From the NCBI RefSeq assembly GCF_006345805.1, contig NC_043015.1, positions 23,064,001 to 23,128,000 on the forward strand: a stretch of DNA of 64,000 nucleotides, in the 5' to 3' direction. The stretch comes from Octopus sinensis (Eukaryota). The notes beneath the pieces are model-generated. The model was not told where the DNA came from, made no database searches, and saw only the letters and a program-made list of their open reading frames with translations. The first letter of the stretch is position 1. Every line of letters begins with the position of its first letter. Of this stretch, positions 1 to 12,260 are shown in pieces. A program made the translations under genes and the position numbers.

Positions 1-528
1 GAGACATATATAAGAGCTCGCAAATAATGTAGCAACTTTACTAATGAATAAAATATTCGTTACACAATATGGTTAATACAGATATTAATATATTAGCAGA
101 TTGATATTATCCGTTCTGATTATCACCATATCATTATATAATATATACAGTATGACGTCTTCTGACATTTAACTTAATGAGAGCCTATTCAACAGAGCAG
201 AATATCACGAGGTTTTTATTATATAGAACTCCGAATTACATTTTGTTAATTTTCCCAAGTTATACAAAATATTTCGAAATATAACTTTCGCAGACAAAAC
301 ACGTAGCCACGATATAAACACTGCTTAATTGTCTGTGGTATGCGCTAAGTCGCACACGTATGAGATATTGAAATCTTTCCTGTTGACAGCCGGTCCTTGG
401 AAATGGAGGAGATTAATGCTGAATCATGAGCGGGTGCCACGGCCTAATAAGAAGAGTTAAGATGTCACCTTTTTTTTGACAAAATTACCGTCCCTCTCTA
501 AAAATTGATCATAAAAACATTTACTTAC

Positions 529-646
529 ATATATAAAATTAAATTTTCAAAGAGCTTCCCGAAAATGTAGCCTTTCCTCGGTGTTATATACACTGATTTG
601 GTAAATATAAATACAGAAGATTTACGCACCAACAATTTGCCAAAAG
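529..646 (-). CDS. Candidate internal exon of an unidentified host gene (FGKLLVRKSSVFIFTKSVYITPRKGYIFGKLFENLILY)
   Basis: On the minus strand: acceptor TTGCTCTTTTTTCAG, 118 nt with only one open frame (phase 1 to 2), donor AT|GTAAGT. No homology recognised. Confidence 0.3.
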
Positions 647-979
647 CTGAAAAAAGAGCAATGCCAGTATGAACATTAATCTGACATTCTTTCCTAAACA
701 AAGGCTAAGAATAATGGCCTAAAACCAGTCTGAAGGAACTGTCCTACGTCTCGAGACTATATGGATAGCCACTAAAGATCATGTCTTCATTATACATTTC
801 ATCTTTTACAGGAACGTTACCAAGAGTCAATTTACATTTTGTCATTGCTACCACAGTTCGTGGGCGTGAAATGTCTTAGGAATGAATGATAGCTCTTACT
901 TCTATGTTGCCAATTATTGCATAATCATTTACAGATTTAAAATATCTCAGTGCAGAGAATCGATCGATCTAGTGATCTA

Positions 980-1404
<425 letters not shown>

Positions 1405-2149
1405 TATTAATTTAAAAGAAAGGAGTCGATACATGAGCGCTCACAAGCGTAAACTCACTTCATCAGTGCCATTAGCACCAGTGGTAGCTTGAATCTTGAA
1501 TCCCACGAGCAATATGCTTCAGTTGAGACTTCATATTATCAAAAGATACTCCGTGGCCACCACATTTTGGAAACTATACTAGCGGAACGCTGACGCTATT
1601 TTCATCCTACCAGTACTCATGATATATTGTAGCATACTCTAGAATTGGTGCATCAGGGCTGGAAGTGATTCCAATAATCATATTTAATTTAAAGGAAAGT
1701 ATATCGCTTACATAAATATCAGACGTACATTCATGAATCGTCAATTTAGAGGAACTGAAGACTATTCTACATACATAGATATTTCAGAAGTGAATGCAAA
1801 ATAAAAGAGCACCAAAGTTTGGCTCATATTTCGATTTCCTTTCGATAAATGTAGCCGTCCCATCAAAACCCTTATCAAACTGACAATAATATTTCAGACG
1901 AATCCCAGAGTGAGTGGTGCCTATCTATTCGTACAACCGTAACTGTTCTCTTAGAGACTAGGCATATTCACGAGATATTTACATACCAAGAAGACACTTT
2001 TTAATTTCTTGAGAGGTAAATTTGAACGATCCTGCAGTAAATGAATCGCAACAATGCATTTAGTGATCAATAAGGGGTGGGGGACTTTACACATACACCC
2101 ACAAAAACCCACGCATATATATACATATATTTAAGTAAGCATATATTCA

Positions 2150-2467
2150 CATGCTAAAAACTGACGGTGTCGGTTACAATGACAAGTATTTCTGTTGATC
2201 CGATGAGCAGAGCAGCCTGCTCGTGGCTGAGCACTCAACAGGCACATTTACCCATAACGAAGTTCTCGGGGAGAATCAGCGTGACACAGGATGTGAGAAA
2301 GCTGGCTCTCTTCTATTATAGGTACGACACATTCTTCACAGCTGAGTGAACTGGAGCAACGTGAAAAAACGTGTCTTGCTGAAGAACACAACGCACCGGC
2401 GGCAATCGAAAAGACGATCTTATCATCGCGAGCTGAATGCCCCTAACCACTAACCCATGCGCCTTCA
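2150..2467 (-). mobile_element. tRNA-derived SINE, family A
   Basis: Minus-strand tRNA-like head (GGCGCATGGGTTAGTGGTTAG), then core TTGTGTTCTTCAGCAAGACAC...TTGCTCCAGTTCACTCAGCTG shared with the copy at 4031-4362. Confidence 0.75.
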
Positions 2468-3021
2468 ATTACACATATGTATCTAAATTGTAAGTATTTC
2501 ATATTATATTCGTATTGGTATACATTTACACGCATTCACACGCATACATACATATACGCACGCACACACACAGCACACACCACACACAAACATACACATG
2601 CACACAGAGGCGCGTGCAACCTCATAAATATATATAATGAATTGTTAGATATAAAACATCTAGGCCGGTACTGTTCCAGCACTCAGTTATAATCCAACAT
2701 ATGGCGAAGTGTATCGAACAGTAAGGAGCACGTAGGGTTACTTGAATTAAGCGATACCAGTGAATTTCATTCGATGTATAAATCCTGGGTTCCCTTCACT
2801 GGATTATAAATATCTTACAAGAGTGTATATCAACGAGAATGACAATGAATACAGAAATTAGTACATCTACATGTTTGTTATTTTCTTATTTCTAAAGTCC
2901 GTTTCGCAGCATATATATTTTCGAAAGTAACACAATGCTTCATGAAATTCGAGGTGTTTGTCAACAGAAATGTGCATTGAACGTTTTTTATATCAAGTAT
3001 GTTGTGTAATTGACTGTAGAA

Positions 3022-3069
<48 letters not shown>

Positions 3070-3122
3070 CTAAAATATATAAATGTTCGTATTCATTGCA
3101 ATTGTCTTAGCTGTATATATAT

Positions 3123-3192
<70 letters not shown>

Positions 3193-3254
3193 TGTATCTA
3201 TATACCTTTGGGTATAACATTATAACGCATGGAATTTTATGTATATATATATAG

Positions 3255-3600
3255 TTAATCCAAACAAGAAAACACAAAAGCAAAAAAACACAACAACGCG
3301 AGGACGTGGAACAAATAAAGTATTATTGGACGCTCAGGAAAGAAGGGAAGAAGGAGAGTTTAACGTTTCGAGCGGAGCTCTTCGTCGGAAACATAGGAGA
3401 AGGAAAGATCCCGAGAAGGGAAGACAGAGGAAAAGCAATATATGCAAATGTCCCCGTGGGTGGACAGAGGAAGATGCGGAGCCTCATTCGTATGTTTTGA
3501 AATCGTTAGTATTGGATGTGGCAGATGGTTTGCCTGATTACCCAAATCAGATGGGTATGTTCGATTTTTAGTGCTCTCAAACTTAAATTTAATGAAATCT
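3255..3600 (-). mobile_element. Penelope-like element 3' end / pseudo-LTR fragment with minimal hammerhead-like motif
   Basis: Shares GACGCTCAGGAAA and TTTAACGTTTCGAG motifs with the terminus of the GIY-YIG element at 61583-62828. Hammerhead-like motif at 3358-3392. Confidence 0.55.
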
Positions 3601-4030
3601 CTGTGCTGATGACGGGAATGTTACAATAGGGATGCATTTCTAGCATCGCTATATCTGACTAACCCAGAAAGGCGTTCACAAGTAATATAATTTCGAGTGA
3701 ACTATAGTTAATTTTCCCTCTATACCTAGGTGAATTGTTTTTGAGTATACATTGTCTGGGAGACGCCTCTTATAGTAGACGAAATAGCTAAATTTTTGGC
3801 TGCTATTTCTAAAAGTTCGGTATGTGGTAAAACAAATTTCTTTTGCTGAACCCTAATTATATAAAGTAATGTTTAAAGTTACCGTAAATGATCCTTTTAC
3901 ATACTGAACACTCCTTGGTGAAATTATTAATTACTAATTAATTAATTAATTTTGCCCTTTATTATTTTATTATTATTGACAATATATATATTTATATATA
4001 TATATATGTACATATACATATATATATATA

Positions 4031-4362
4031 AAAAAGACCCCCTTCGGTCATGAATGACCATGGGATTGCACCTAGAAAGTTACCCTCCTAGACACAAGTC
4101 CGGGCAAGGTTGTTTATGGAAGACCAGCAGTCGCCCATGCATACCAGCCTCCCCTCTCCACGCCACCAGTGTTATCCAAGGGAAAGACAAAGGTCGATAC
4201 AGCTTGGTACCAGTGACGTCGCAACACATTTCTACAGCTGAGTGAACTGGAGCAACGTGAAATAAAGTGCCTTGCTCAAGAACACAACACGCAGCCCGGT
4301 CCGGGATTCGAGCTCACAACCTCACGATCGTAAGCTCGACGCTCTAACTACTGAGCCATACA
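4031..4362 (-). mobile_element. tRNA-derived SINE, family A (different 3' body)
   Basis: Minus strand has A box TGGCTCAGTAGTTAG, B-box-like GCTCGAATCCC and the same core as 2150-2467; flanked by (TA)n. Confidence 0.8.
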
Positions 4363-4412
4363 TATATATATATATATAAATATATGTATATATACATATA
4401 GATATACGTATG

Positions 4413-4489
<77 letters not shown>

Positions 4490-5461
4490 ATATATATATA
4501 CATACTCAAAATAAGCAACAATGATATCCAAGGTAGTGTAGTACAATCGTTTCATGCTACTTCATTTTATTAAACAATGTAAGTATTCATCTGAATCTAA
4601 ATTTTGCTGAACTTATATATATATATGTATATATATTTATATTTGTGTTTGTGTGTGTGTGTATGTATACATACGATACAAATTAATATATAATTAGACA
4701 CGAACGTGCGCCCACACATAATTGGCAAGTATACAAATGGATAGAGATAGAGAGACACAGAGAGTGGATGCTGGTTAGCAGTTGACATGCTTCTTGCATT
4801 GATCCATTACGAAGATTCTTTGAAGCAATGAATAGCCAAAAAAAATTGTGTTGCATAACAATAATTTAAGAACCAAACAACAAATATATATTATAATATT
4901 ATCAAGGGAGTATTTTCAGCCACAATCGAAAAATATATTTCACAAAATGTTAATAGAATTCATATGAAATTTTGGGGAAAAAATAACAACAAAACAAAAT
5001 CAACAGTTATTATGAATTCAGAACTCTGGAATATTGGAATGAAAAAGGGGTAACCAAAACAGTACAAACAGAAAATCTGTATGTTTATTGGAAAAATATA
5101 AATATATTTGACAAAAAATATATATAATGATATTCATTAGTATTATCAATTTTACACATCATTGCTCGTAACCCAGATACAGAGCTTTGGAAAACGTTCG
5201 GGGAATAAATGAACTCCCTTTATTTGAGGTTGTCTTATTTCAAAAGGAATATCTCCAAATTGTTGCATAGCGATGAGAAAACAAAAAGAAAATATACGAA
5301 AAAAGAAAACAGGAAAAGAAATACAAGAAAGAAAAGAAGGCCAAAGAACAAAAAATATTACTCATTGTTTGACCTCAGATTCATAAACGCACAAAGGAAC
5401 AGGAAAATGCACGCATTTAAAGAAAACCAAACACTCATACACATACAATAGAAACAAAAGC

Positions 5462-5494
<33 letters not shown>

Positions 5495-5561
5495 CATATA
5501 TGTGCGTGTATGAGTGTATGTGTGTGTATACATGCACAAAGTGTGCATGCACGTGTTTAGG

Positions 5562-5593
<32 letters not shown>

Positions 5594-5875
5594 ATGTTTG
5601 TATGTATGAAGATGTATATGTATACACGTCTCTATGTGCACATTGAATAATAAATGAGGGAGTCACTTAAAGTAGCCAGTCAATATGAACATATTAAAAT
5701 GCAAATTTGTCGTGTTATTGTCATGCGTAATCATATGTCACCAACCTAACTGGGGATATAAAGCTACAAATAAATGTATAGTTATTATTCTCTTAGCAGC
5801 CACCTTAAAATTCACAGCTACTTAAGTCATTCCCCTTTTCGTTCTCTGTGCATGGTGTATAAGGCTACACACACA

Positions 5876-5940
<65 letters not shown>

Positions 5941-6540
5941 TTATATGTACTTCATACATTATGATTGCTTTAACCTTGTTACATGATAGCCGTCTCACAT
6001 TCGGCCTAATTGATCGGATTTCCTTTCATTTTTGCATGTGCGTGGATATGACTTTCCACACCAATCATCTATAGACGTAGGATTCAGAAATTAGATGATA
6101 GTGAGGCAAACTGTACGTCTTTCAACGTAAGTCACAAAATCTTGTACAACGATTTTGCAAATCTCTCCCTCGCCACAGTACCTTCCAATGACAACCATTG
6201 TAAGATAGTTGGTACTATTTTGATTGCAAAAGTTTTTGTTAGAGTATCATTATCTTAGAAGGGCTGCGTTCACCACGGCTTTGTTAAAAGTAACGAGACC
6301 GTCCCAGTAAGCAAAAGATGGGAATTAATTTGACGGGTACGTCCATTCTGGCTCAGAACGGACCTGGAAGTAATGGTAAACTCCGCGCATTCTACAACTC
6401 TAGAACTCTCGAATTTGAGCCTGAAATATGAATGCAGTTTAATATGTTACCCTGAGCACAAACATATATGCATGCATACATACATGCATACATACATCTG
6501 TATATATATTAATATATACATACATACATATATATATATA

Positions 6541-6712
6541 GATAAATTAAGAAATGGAGTCGAACTCAGGTGTTATTCAAATCATTTATACTTCCAACAT
6601 ATGTATCGAGGAAAGCATTGAGATTATTACGGCGGGAATAATCTCAATACATATGTTGGATATATAATTGATTTGAATAACACCTGCGTTTGACTCCATT
6701 TTTTATTTTATC
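6541..6712. repeat. 172-bp near-perfect foldback (hairpin) element
   Basis: 6541-6584 pairs with 6669-6712, 6593-6606 with 6647-6660, and 6617-6628 with 6637-6648. Loop is 8 nt; left flank is (TA)n. Confidence 0.9.
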
Positions 6713-6954
6713 CATGTAATAGAACAACATTTCAATTAACCCTGAAATTTTTACCGTTATAAGTAGGTTGTAAACTTCTTCGCATTTATGTGAATTTTTG
6801 CTACCATGGTAACTATTCATTATTTTTTTCCGTGTTTTCTGTATGCGTTGAAAAAACTCTCACACACACACACACACACGCACAAGCACACACACACACG
6901 CACACACACACGTACATATATATATATTTATATATATATTTACTTATATTAACA

Positions 6955-7170
6955 TTAATAATAATAAAAAGTATGGAGACTTGTACATCCACAAAATTTA
7001 TTTCATATTTATATACATCATATCATAATTATCTACACATGTTTCCGCTGCAGCTACAAGTCACTGTTGCAAATGGAACACTGCAATATTGTCGGTCCCG
7101 CTTCATCACGGTCTCTTCATTTGGTCATCCTCGAAGTGAACTGATTGGAAGAATGTATTGTTAGTTAGTG
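6955..7170 (+). repeat. Unclassified dispersed repeat (second copy at 44125-44300)
   Basis: Shared blocks TATGGAGACTTGTACATCCACAAAA, CACTGTTGCAAATGGAAC and CATTTGGTCATCCTCGAAGTGAACTGATTG. Confidence 0.85.
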
Positions 7171-7256
7171 TTCTGTGGGAGGTGGGGTGTTTTTATTTCG
7201 AAATACGTGTTCTTCAGCTCAACATCATTCTAGTCACTGTCCTAAGTTAAGGCTTG

Positions 7257-7467
7257 GTTTTAAAATAGGCTAAATTCCAGATTGTTGTTTTCGTGTGTCT
7301 ATGTATATATATATATATATATATATATACATAGACACACATACATCCACAAATACTAAGCAGCCCAACAAAAAAGATATAAACAAACTGGCATCCTTTA
7401 ATACAAGCACCACAATAGTAAGATCCTTACGAAAAAAAGCAATCTGGAATTTAGCCTGTTTTAAAAC
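7257..7467. mobile_element. MITE-like element with ~37-bp inverted termini
   Basis: 7257-7293 GTTTTAAAATAGGCTAAATTCCAGATTGTTGTTTTCG is the near reverse complement of 7430-7467; internal palindrome at 7293-7340. Confidence 0.6.
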
Positions 7468-7612
7468 TAAATTAAATAATGAAGGTAGAACTTGATATCA
7501 ATCAATTAACATCAATTTAAACGAGTGGTCTAGCATATAAAAAAAATCCGAAGATTTAAAAATTATATTACAATTAATAAGAGGAATTCCTCTTATAAAT
7601 TGCATATATACT

Positions 7613-7667
<55 letters not shown>

Positions 7668-7690
7668 GAAGAAGAAGAAGAAGAAGAAGA

Positions 7691-7774
7691 ATCAGCAGCA
7701 GCAGCAATCCAGCGTGTCGTGTATGCCAGCAACAAAATGAAACCATTGATCATGTGGTCTCCAAGTGCAGTCTT
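7691..7774 (+). repeat. 84-bp duplicate of the 5' end of the adjacent RLE LINE, between (TAA)n/(GAA)n and (TAA)n tracts
   Basis: Matches the sequence starting at 7843, with three substitutions and one fewer CAG unit. Confidence 0.9.
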
Positions 7775-7775
7775 A

Positions 7776-7844
<69 letters not shown>

Positions 7845-8283
7845 CAGCAGCAGCAGCAGTCCAACGTGTCGTGTATGCCAGCAACAAAATGAAACCATTG
7901 ATCATGTGGTATCCAAGTGCAGTCTTCTAGCGCCTACAGAGTACCTCAACAGGCTTGATAGAACTGCACAATATATTCACTGGGTAATCTGCAAAAAACT
8001 AGATTTGCCGTATGAAAAAAACTGGTGGGAACACAAACCAGTGCTTGAAAATTACCACATCTCACTCCTCTGGAACTTCACCATTCAAACTGACAGAAAG
8101 ATAGATCCAAATAGGCCGGGCATCATATTGAAAGACATCAAACAAAGAACATGCCTCCTCATTGATATGACTGTCCCAATCGATATAAACGTATCTGTCA
8201 AGACCTACCAAAAACTGAGCAAATATAAAGATCTTGAAATAGAAATCAGCAAAATGTGGAACCTGAAGACTAAAACAATACCT

Positions 8284-8509
8284 ATTTCTTTATTACCCAC
8301 AAGGGGCTAAACACAGAGGGGACAAACAAGGACAGACATAGGTATTAAGTCGATTCCATCGACCCCAGTGCGTAACTGGTACTTAATTTATCGACCCCGA
8401 AAGGATGAAAGGCAAATCGACCTCGGCGGAATTTGAACTCACAACGTAACGCAGACGAAATACCGCTAAGCATTTCGCCCGGTGTGCTAACGTTTCTGCC
8501 AGCTCGCCG
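8284..8509 (-). mobile_element. tRNA-derived SINE, family B, with 15-bp target-site duplication
   Basis: Minus head CGGCGAGCTGGCAGAAACGTTAGCAC...GAGTTCAAATTCC. TSD ACTAAAACAATACCT (8269-8283) / ACTAAAAGAATACCT (8510-8524). Confidence 0.9.
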
Positions 8510-8780
8510 ACTAAAAGAATACCTGTTGTCATAGGTGCCCTGGGAATGATAGCAAAAGTGGCTGATTGCTACCTAACTCAGATACCAGGAAACCCAAACA
8601 TGGCAGAAATTCAAAAGATAGTGCTCATGGGAACTGCTCATATCCTACGCAAAATACTTTCTTTGTAATCTCAAGGTTTAAAACAAATATTTTTTTAATT
8701 TATTTATTTATTATTTTTTAAATTTTTTATTAGATATCCACCAGTACAACACAAAAAACAACCAAATATATATATATATC

Positions 8781-9125
8781 TATATTTTACTTGTTTCAGT
8801 CATTTGACTGCGGCCATGCTGGAGCACCGCCTTTAGTCGATGAAATCGACTCCGGCACTTATTCTTTGTAAGCCCAGTACTTATTCTATCGGTCTCTTTT
8901 GCCGAACCGCTAAGTGACGGGGACGTAAACACACCAGCATCGGTTGTCAAGCAATGCTTGGGGGACAAACACCCCCCCATATATATTTATATACATATAT
9001 ACGACAGGCTTCTTTCAGTTTCCGCCTACCAAATCCACTCACAAGGCATTTGTCGGCCCGCAGTGGGACTGAACCCGGAATCATGTGGTTTGTTAGCAAG
9101 CTAGTTACCACATCGCCACTCCTGG
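8781..9125 (-). mobile_element. tRNA-derived SINE, family D (internally deleted)
   Basis: Matches other family D copies (GGTTCAGTCCCACTGCG; GCATGGCCGCAGTCAAATGACTGAAACAAGTAAAA) on the minus strand. Confidence 0.85.
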
Positions 9126-9228
9126 CACACTAGGCATAACAACAACGTGAACTTCCAACCTGTTGTCTCCTGAGGTCTCTGGGTGAGACTTGGAGCCAAC
9201 TTGTACAAATATAAAGCAAAAGTCAAAC

Positions 9229-9301
<73 letters not shown>

Positions 9302-9429
9302 GAAAAGATGTGTGGAAAATAAACAAACGATATCACGTATCCTGGATGTAGATACAAACGGGAGACAATCAGAAGGTCCGTAATTCTTCATCAGTTATCA
9401 ACCAATTGGTAATGTTCATTTCGGCACCT

Positions 9430-9466
9430 TTAATGATAAGACTGAGCTCTATCCAGTTGGTGGTGC
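9430..9466 (-). CDS. Candidate terminal coding exon (RHHQLDRAQSYH* if spliced from 10230)
   Basis: Pyrimidine-rich acceptor TTTTATTTTTGCAG ending at 9467; phase compatible with the exon candidate at 10230-10299. Confidence 0.2.
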
Positions 9467-10229
9467 CTGCAAAAATAAAATGTTTTCTTGTGGAGAATTA
9501 GGGACAAGAACAGACAAAACAAATCAAGCAAAACGATACAGAGTGGGATTTAAGACGGTGGACAAGGACTAACAGTGAAACAAAATACGGCCCTGAAGCC
9601 AAGGAGACGACTGTAGTGATAGAATAACTCGAGGTAGAATAACAGAAATCAGTTTTGATTACTTAAGATATATAATTCACGCAAGAAAAGAAGTTGTGGG
9701 ATTTCAATATTTTCTTTCGCTAATAAATATCATGGAAATGTTAGTTGCCCTCCATTCTGTCAAATTGGCCATGGGGTAGTAAGAAGTTCAAGTATAATAA
9801 CAAGATACCAAGTCATGGCATCAGCTTTCATAAATATCTTTATGACAATTGGAAGTGTATCTTAGTTCGGTGTCTCATACTAAAGGCATACAAACTTCAA
9901 TAACTTTATGATTCCTTGCGCTAATCAAGAACATAATCAAGAATAATGATTTCACTTTGGAATATAATCAAAATCAGTACCACTTACTGGTTAATTTGAT
10001 TTCGAGAAACATACTAATATTGAAAGTGGCATCTACTAGAAACGAAGAAATATTTGATTTTTACTTAGATATATCTAGCAGAAGCATTTGAATAGCTGTA
10101 TCGATTTAAGAAACTCGAAATAGGATCTGCTAGAAACACAGTCTCCTGTACTCTTAATTGAAATCGAAATTGAAAAAGCAACGGTATCTTTGCTGCTATA
10201 ATTAGTAGATTTCTTTAGCTATAACTTAC

Positions 10230-10299
10230 CGTCTAATACGAGAAACAATTTTAATGGCCACCTTTGCTGAGAGCTTTGCATTCCGAAAGTGTCTCAAGC
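10230..10299 (-). CDS. Candidate internal exon (LRHFRNAKLSAKVAIKIVSRIR)
   Basis: Acceptor TATATTTTTGGTTTAG, 70 nt with a single open frame (phase 1 to 2), donor CG|GTAAGT. Confidence 0.4.
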
Positions 10300-12114
10300 C
10301 TAAACCAAAAATATAACAATCATTGCAGCTTCTATGTTGCTATTCTACCTGATAGAAAGAAGAGATATTTCTCTACAAAAAGCTTTCAAATTCCCTCAAT
10401 GTATTATGCAAATATCTATTATTCATAATTTTCATTGATTGAATACATTTGATGGATGATCTGCTTGTTGGAAGGGGATAAATGACTACACCCCACCCCA
10501 TCCAAAAAACTGTCTGCATTTTTAGTGGAGCATCCAAAAATAGCTGTCCATTCTCTGTTTCAAATATGATCCCTTCTTATTACTATTATTACTTATTATT
10601 ATACTTATTATTATTACTTATTATTATTATTAAACTTAGAAATGTCATTGCTCGGCTATCTTCGACGCGAGATGAGTAACGATTAAACTGAGACGCTTCA
10701 AAAGAGCAGCTACTTTTTTTACTACAGTTAACAGCCAATTGTGCCTTTCATGTTTGCAATGTGTCTCATAAAGGTTGGAAATCGTATTGCTTAGTTACGT
10801 TTGATGATGAAAGGGCAATTGCGATTTAAGCAAAAACACTAAAATAGCGGCAGTTTCTGTAAGGGCAGAAATAGCTGCTGAGAAATGCAGCTGCTTCTGC
10901 CTTAACTAACATTGTGTCTTCACTGGAAAGGAAGGACGTAGAGGATAATATTGTAAAAGATATACATAGGAGCCTATTACAGATACACAATATCATCTAT
11001 TTCATCTCTTACATTCCAAATCGATATGCTTTGACTTAAGTATAACAAAACTATCTAGCTCTCTCAGATTTGATTGTAATCTGAGTCTGTTATATCATTT
11101 CGAATATACCTATACAGGTCACAGGTATTCGAACTTGCTATCTACTATTTGTTTTCAACACATTCACTGCAGTATATTTTTAATCACACGATTCTAAACA
11201 AAATACAGTGATTTTTCCTCACTCCAATGGTTATAAAAGAAATATATGTAGATTAAGCCCAACAGTATTTCCCACATTATCTCTCTGTTGTCAGTGACAA
11301 TATGATTTCTTCATAGTCTCTACATTTACTTGACTTGTTGTGCCAGGTCAAAGAAAGAATTTCCACAAACTTTTGGCATCTATACAGACTCCTACTCTAT
11401 TCGCTTGTTGCCATGCCGATCCTATCAATGTAAGTAATTATTACTTATATTAATGGTACATACAAAACTAATCTAAGCTCTTCTATGCTTATTGTAATGG
11501 TCTTTCTCACATCAAACACTTGCTGCTCAATAATAAATAACAAAGAAGGAAAAAAAACAGTCAGATATATCGTATCTCTTATATCGGAAGAATATCAATA
11601 CATGAGAGCAAAGGACAAAATTACATGAAATAAAATATTTACAAATGGAACGTGTGTGATCTGTATTACAACAGATTGATCTGATATATGTCCTATTTCT
11701 GTTCATTTACATTGGCAGACTTCCAAATGATCGCTCAACAGAATACACAGATATCGATAAATTTTTCTGTAGGCATACGGCCAATCATACGCTTTTTTTC
11801 ACCTTGTGCTTTTTTTCCCATCGAAGCTGGTATAGCTGATTCCCTCAATCCCCTTTTGTATTTCTGGTATTTATTAGATAACCGACGAAGGGAGTTAATT
11901 CAAATTCGCCTCTTATAGTAACTCCATTCATTCTTTTGTTTGGTAGAGGAACTGCTTTCTAAATAATGTTTAAATAAAAAAGAAAGACTGTCTTAGTGCT
12001 TGGCCAAATACATGTGCATAGACGTAGTCAGTTAGTCTAACAATCAATCAGTCAGTCGGCCACTCGGTCATGCAGTCACTCAATCACGTACTTACACAGA
12101 AACACACACACACA

Positions 12115-12260
12115 GGCACAGCGTAGCTGTGTGGTAAGTAGATTGCTTCCCAGCCACATGGTTCTGGTTCTAGTCTTACTGCGTGGAACCTTGAGCGAGT
12201 TTCCTCTACTCTAACCTTGGGCGGATCAAAGCCTTGTGAGTTGATTTTGTAAACGGAAAA
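12115..12260 (+). mobile_element. SINE family D, 5' half, diverged
   Basis: GTAGCTGTGTGGTAAGTAGATTGCTTCCCAGCCACATGGTTC...AAAGCCTTGTGAG. Confidence 0.7.

Larger units (their letters stand above)
7843..9230 (+). mobile_element. 5'-truncated RLE non-LTR retrotransposon (R4/Dong- or HERO-like) inserted in a (TAA)n microsatellite and interrupted by two SINEs
   Basis: CCHC knuckle CRVCQQQNETIDHVVSKC; RLE region DRKIDPNRPGIILKD...LLIDMTVP...KLSKYKDL. The frame resumes after the SINE (VVIGALGMI...LRKILSL*). The 3' UTR ends at 9230 directly in (TAA)n. Confidence 0.9.

Noticed and set aside
3600-3780. Possible large hammerhead: CTGATGA at ~3606, GAAAGGCGT ~3667 pairing with ACGCCTC ~3762
   Set aside because: Helix II closure is mismatched, helix I needs a bulge at the cleavage site and the loops are very long, so chance pairing is likely.
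6320-6460. Open frames with an acceptor-like site at ~6420
   Set aside because: It resembles a degenerate interspersed repeat (GGACCTGG.AGTAATGG...GATGCAGTTT type) as I recall it, has no convincing donor, and is open on both strands.
11347-11429. Plus-strand AG...GTAAGT segment (SKKEFPQTFGIYTDSYSIRLLPCRSYQ)
   Set aside because: Two frames are open, no partner exon or homology was recognised, and such segments arise by chance in 64 kb.
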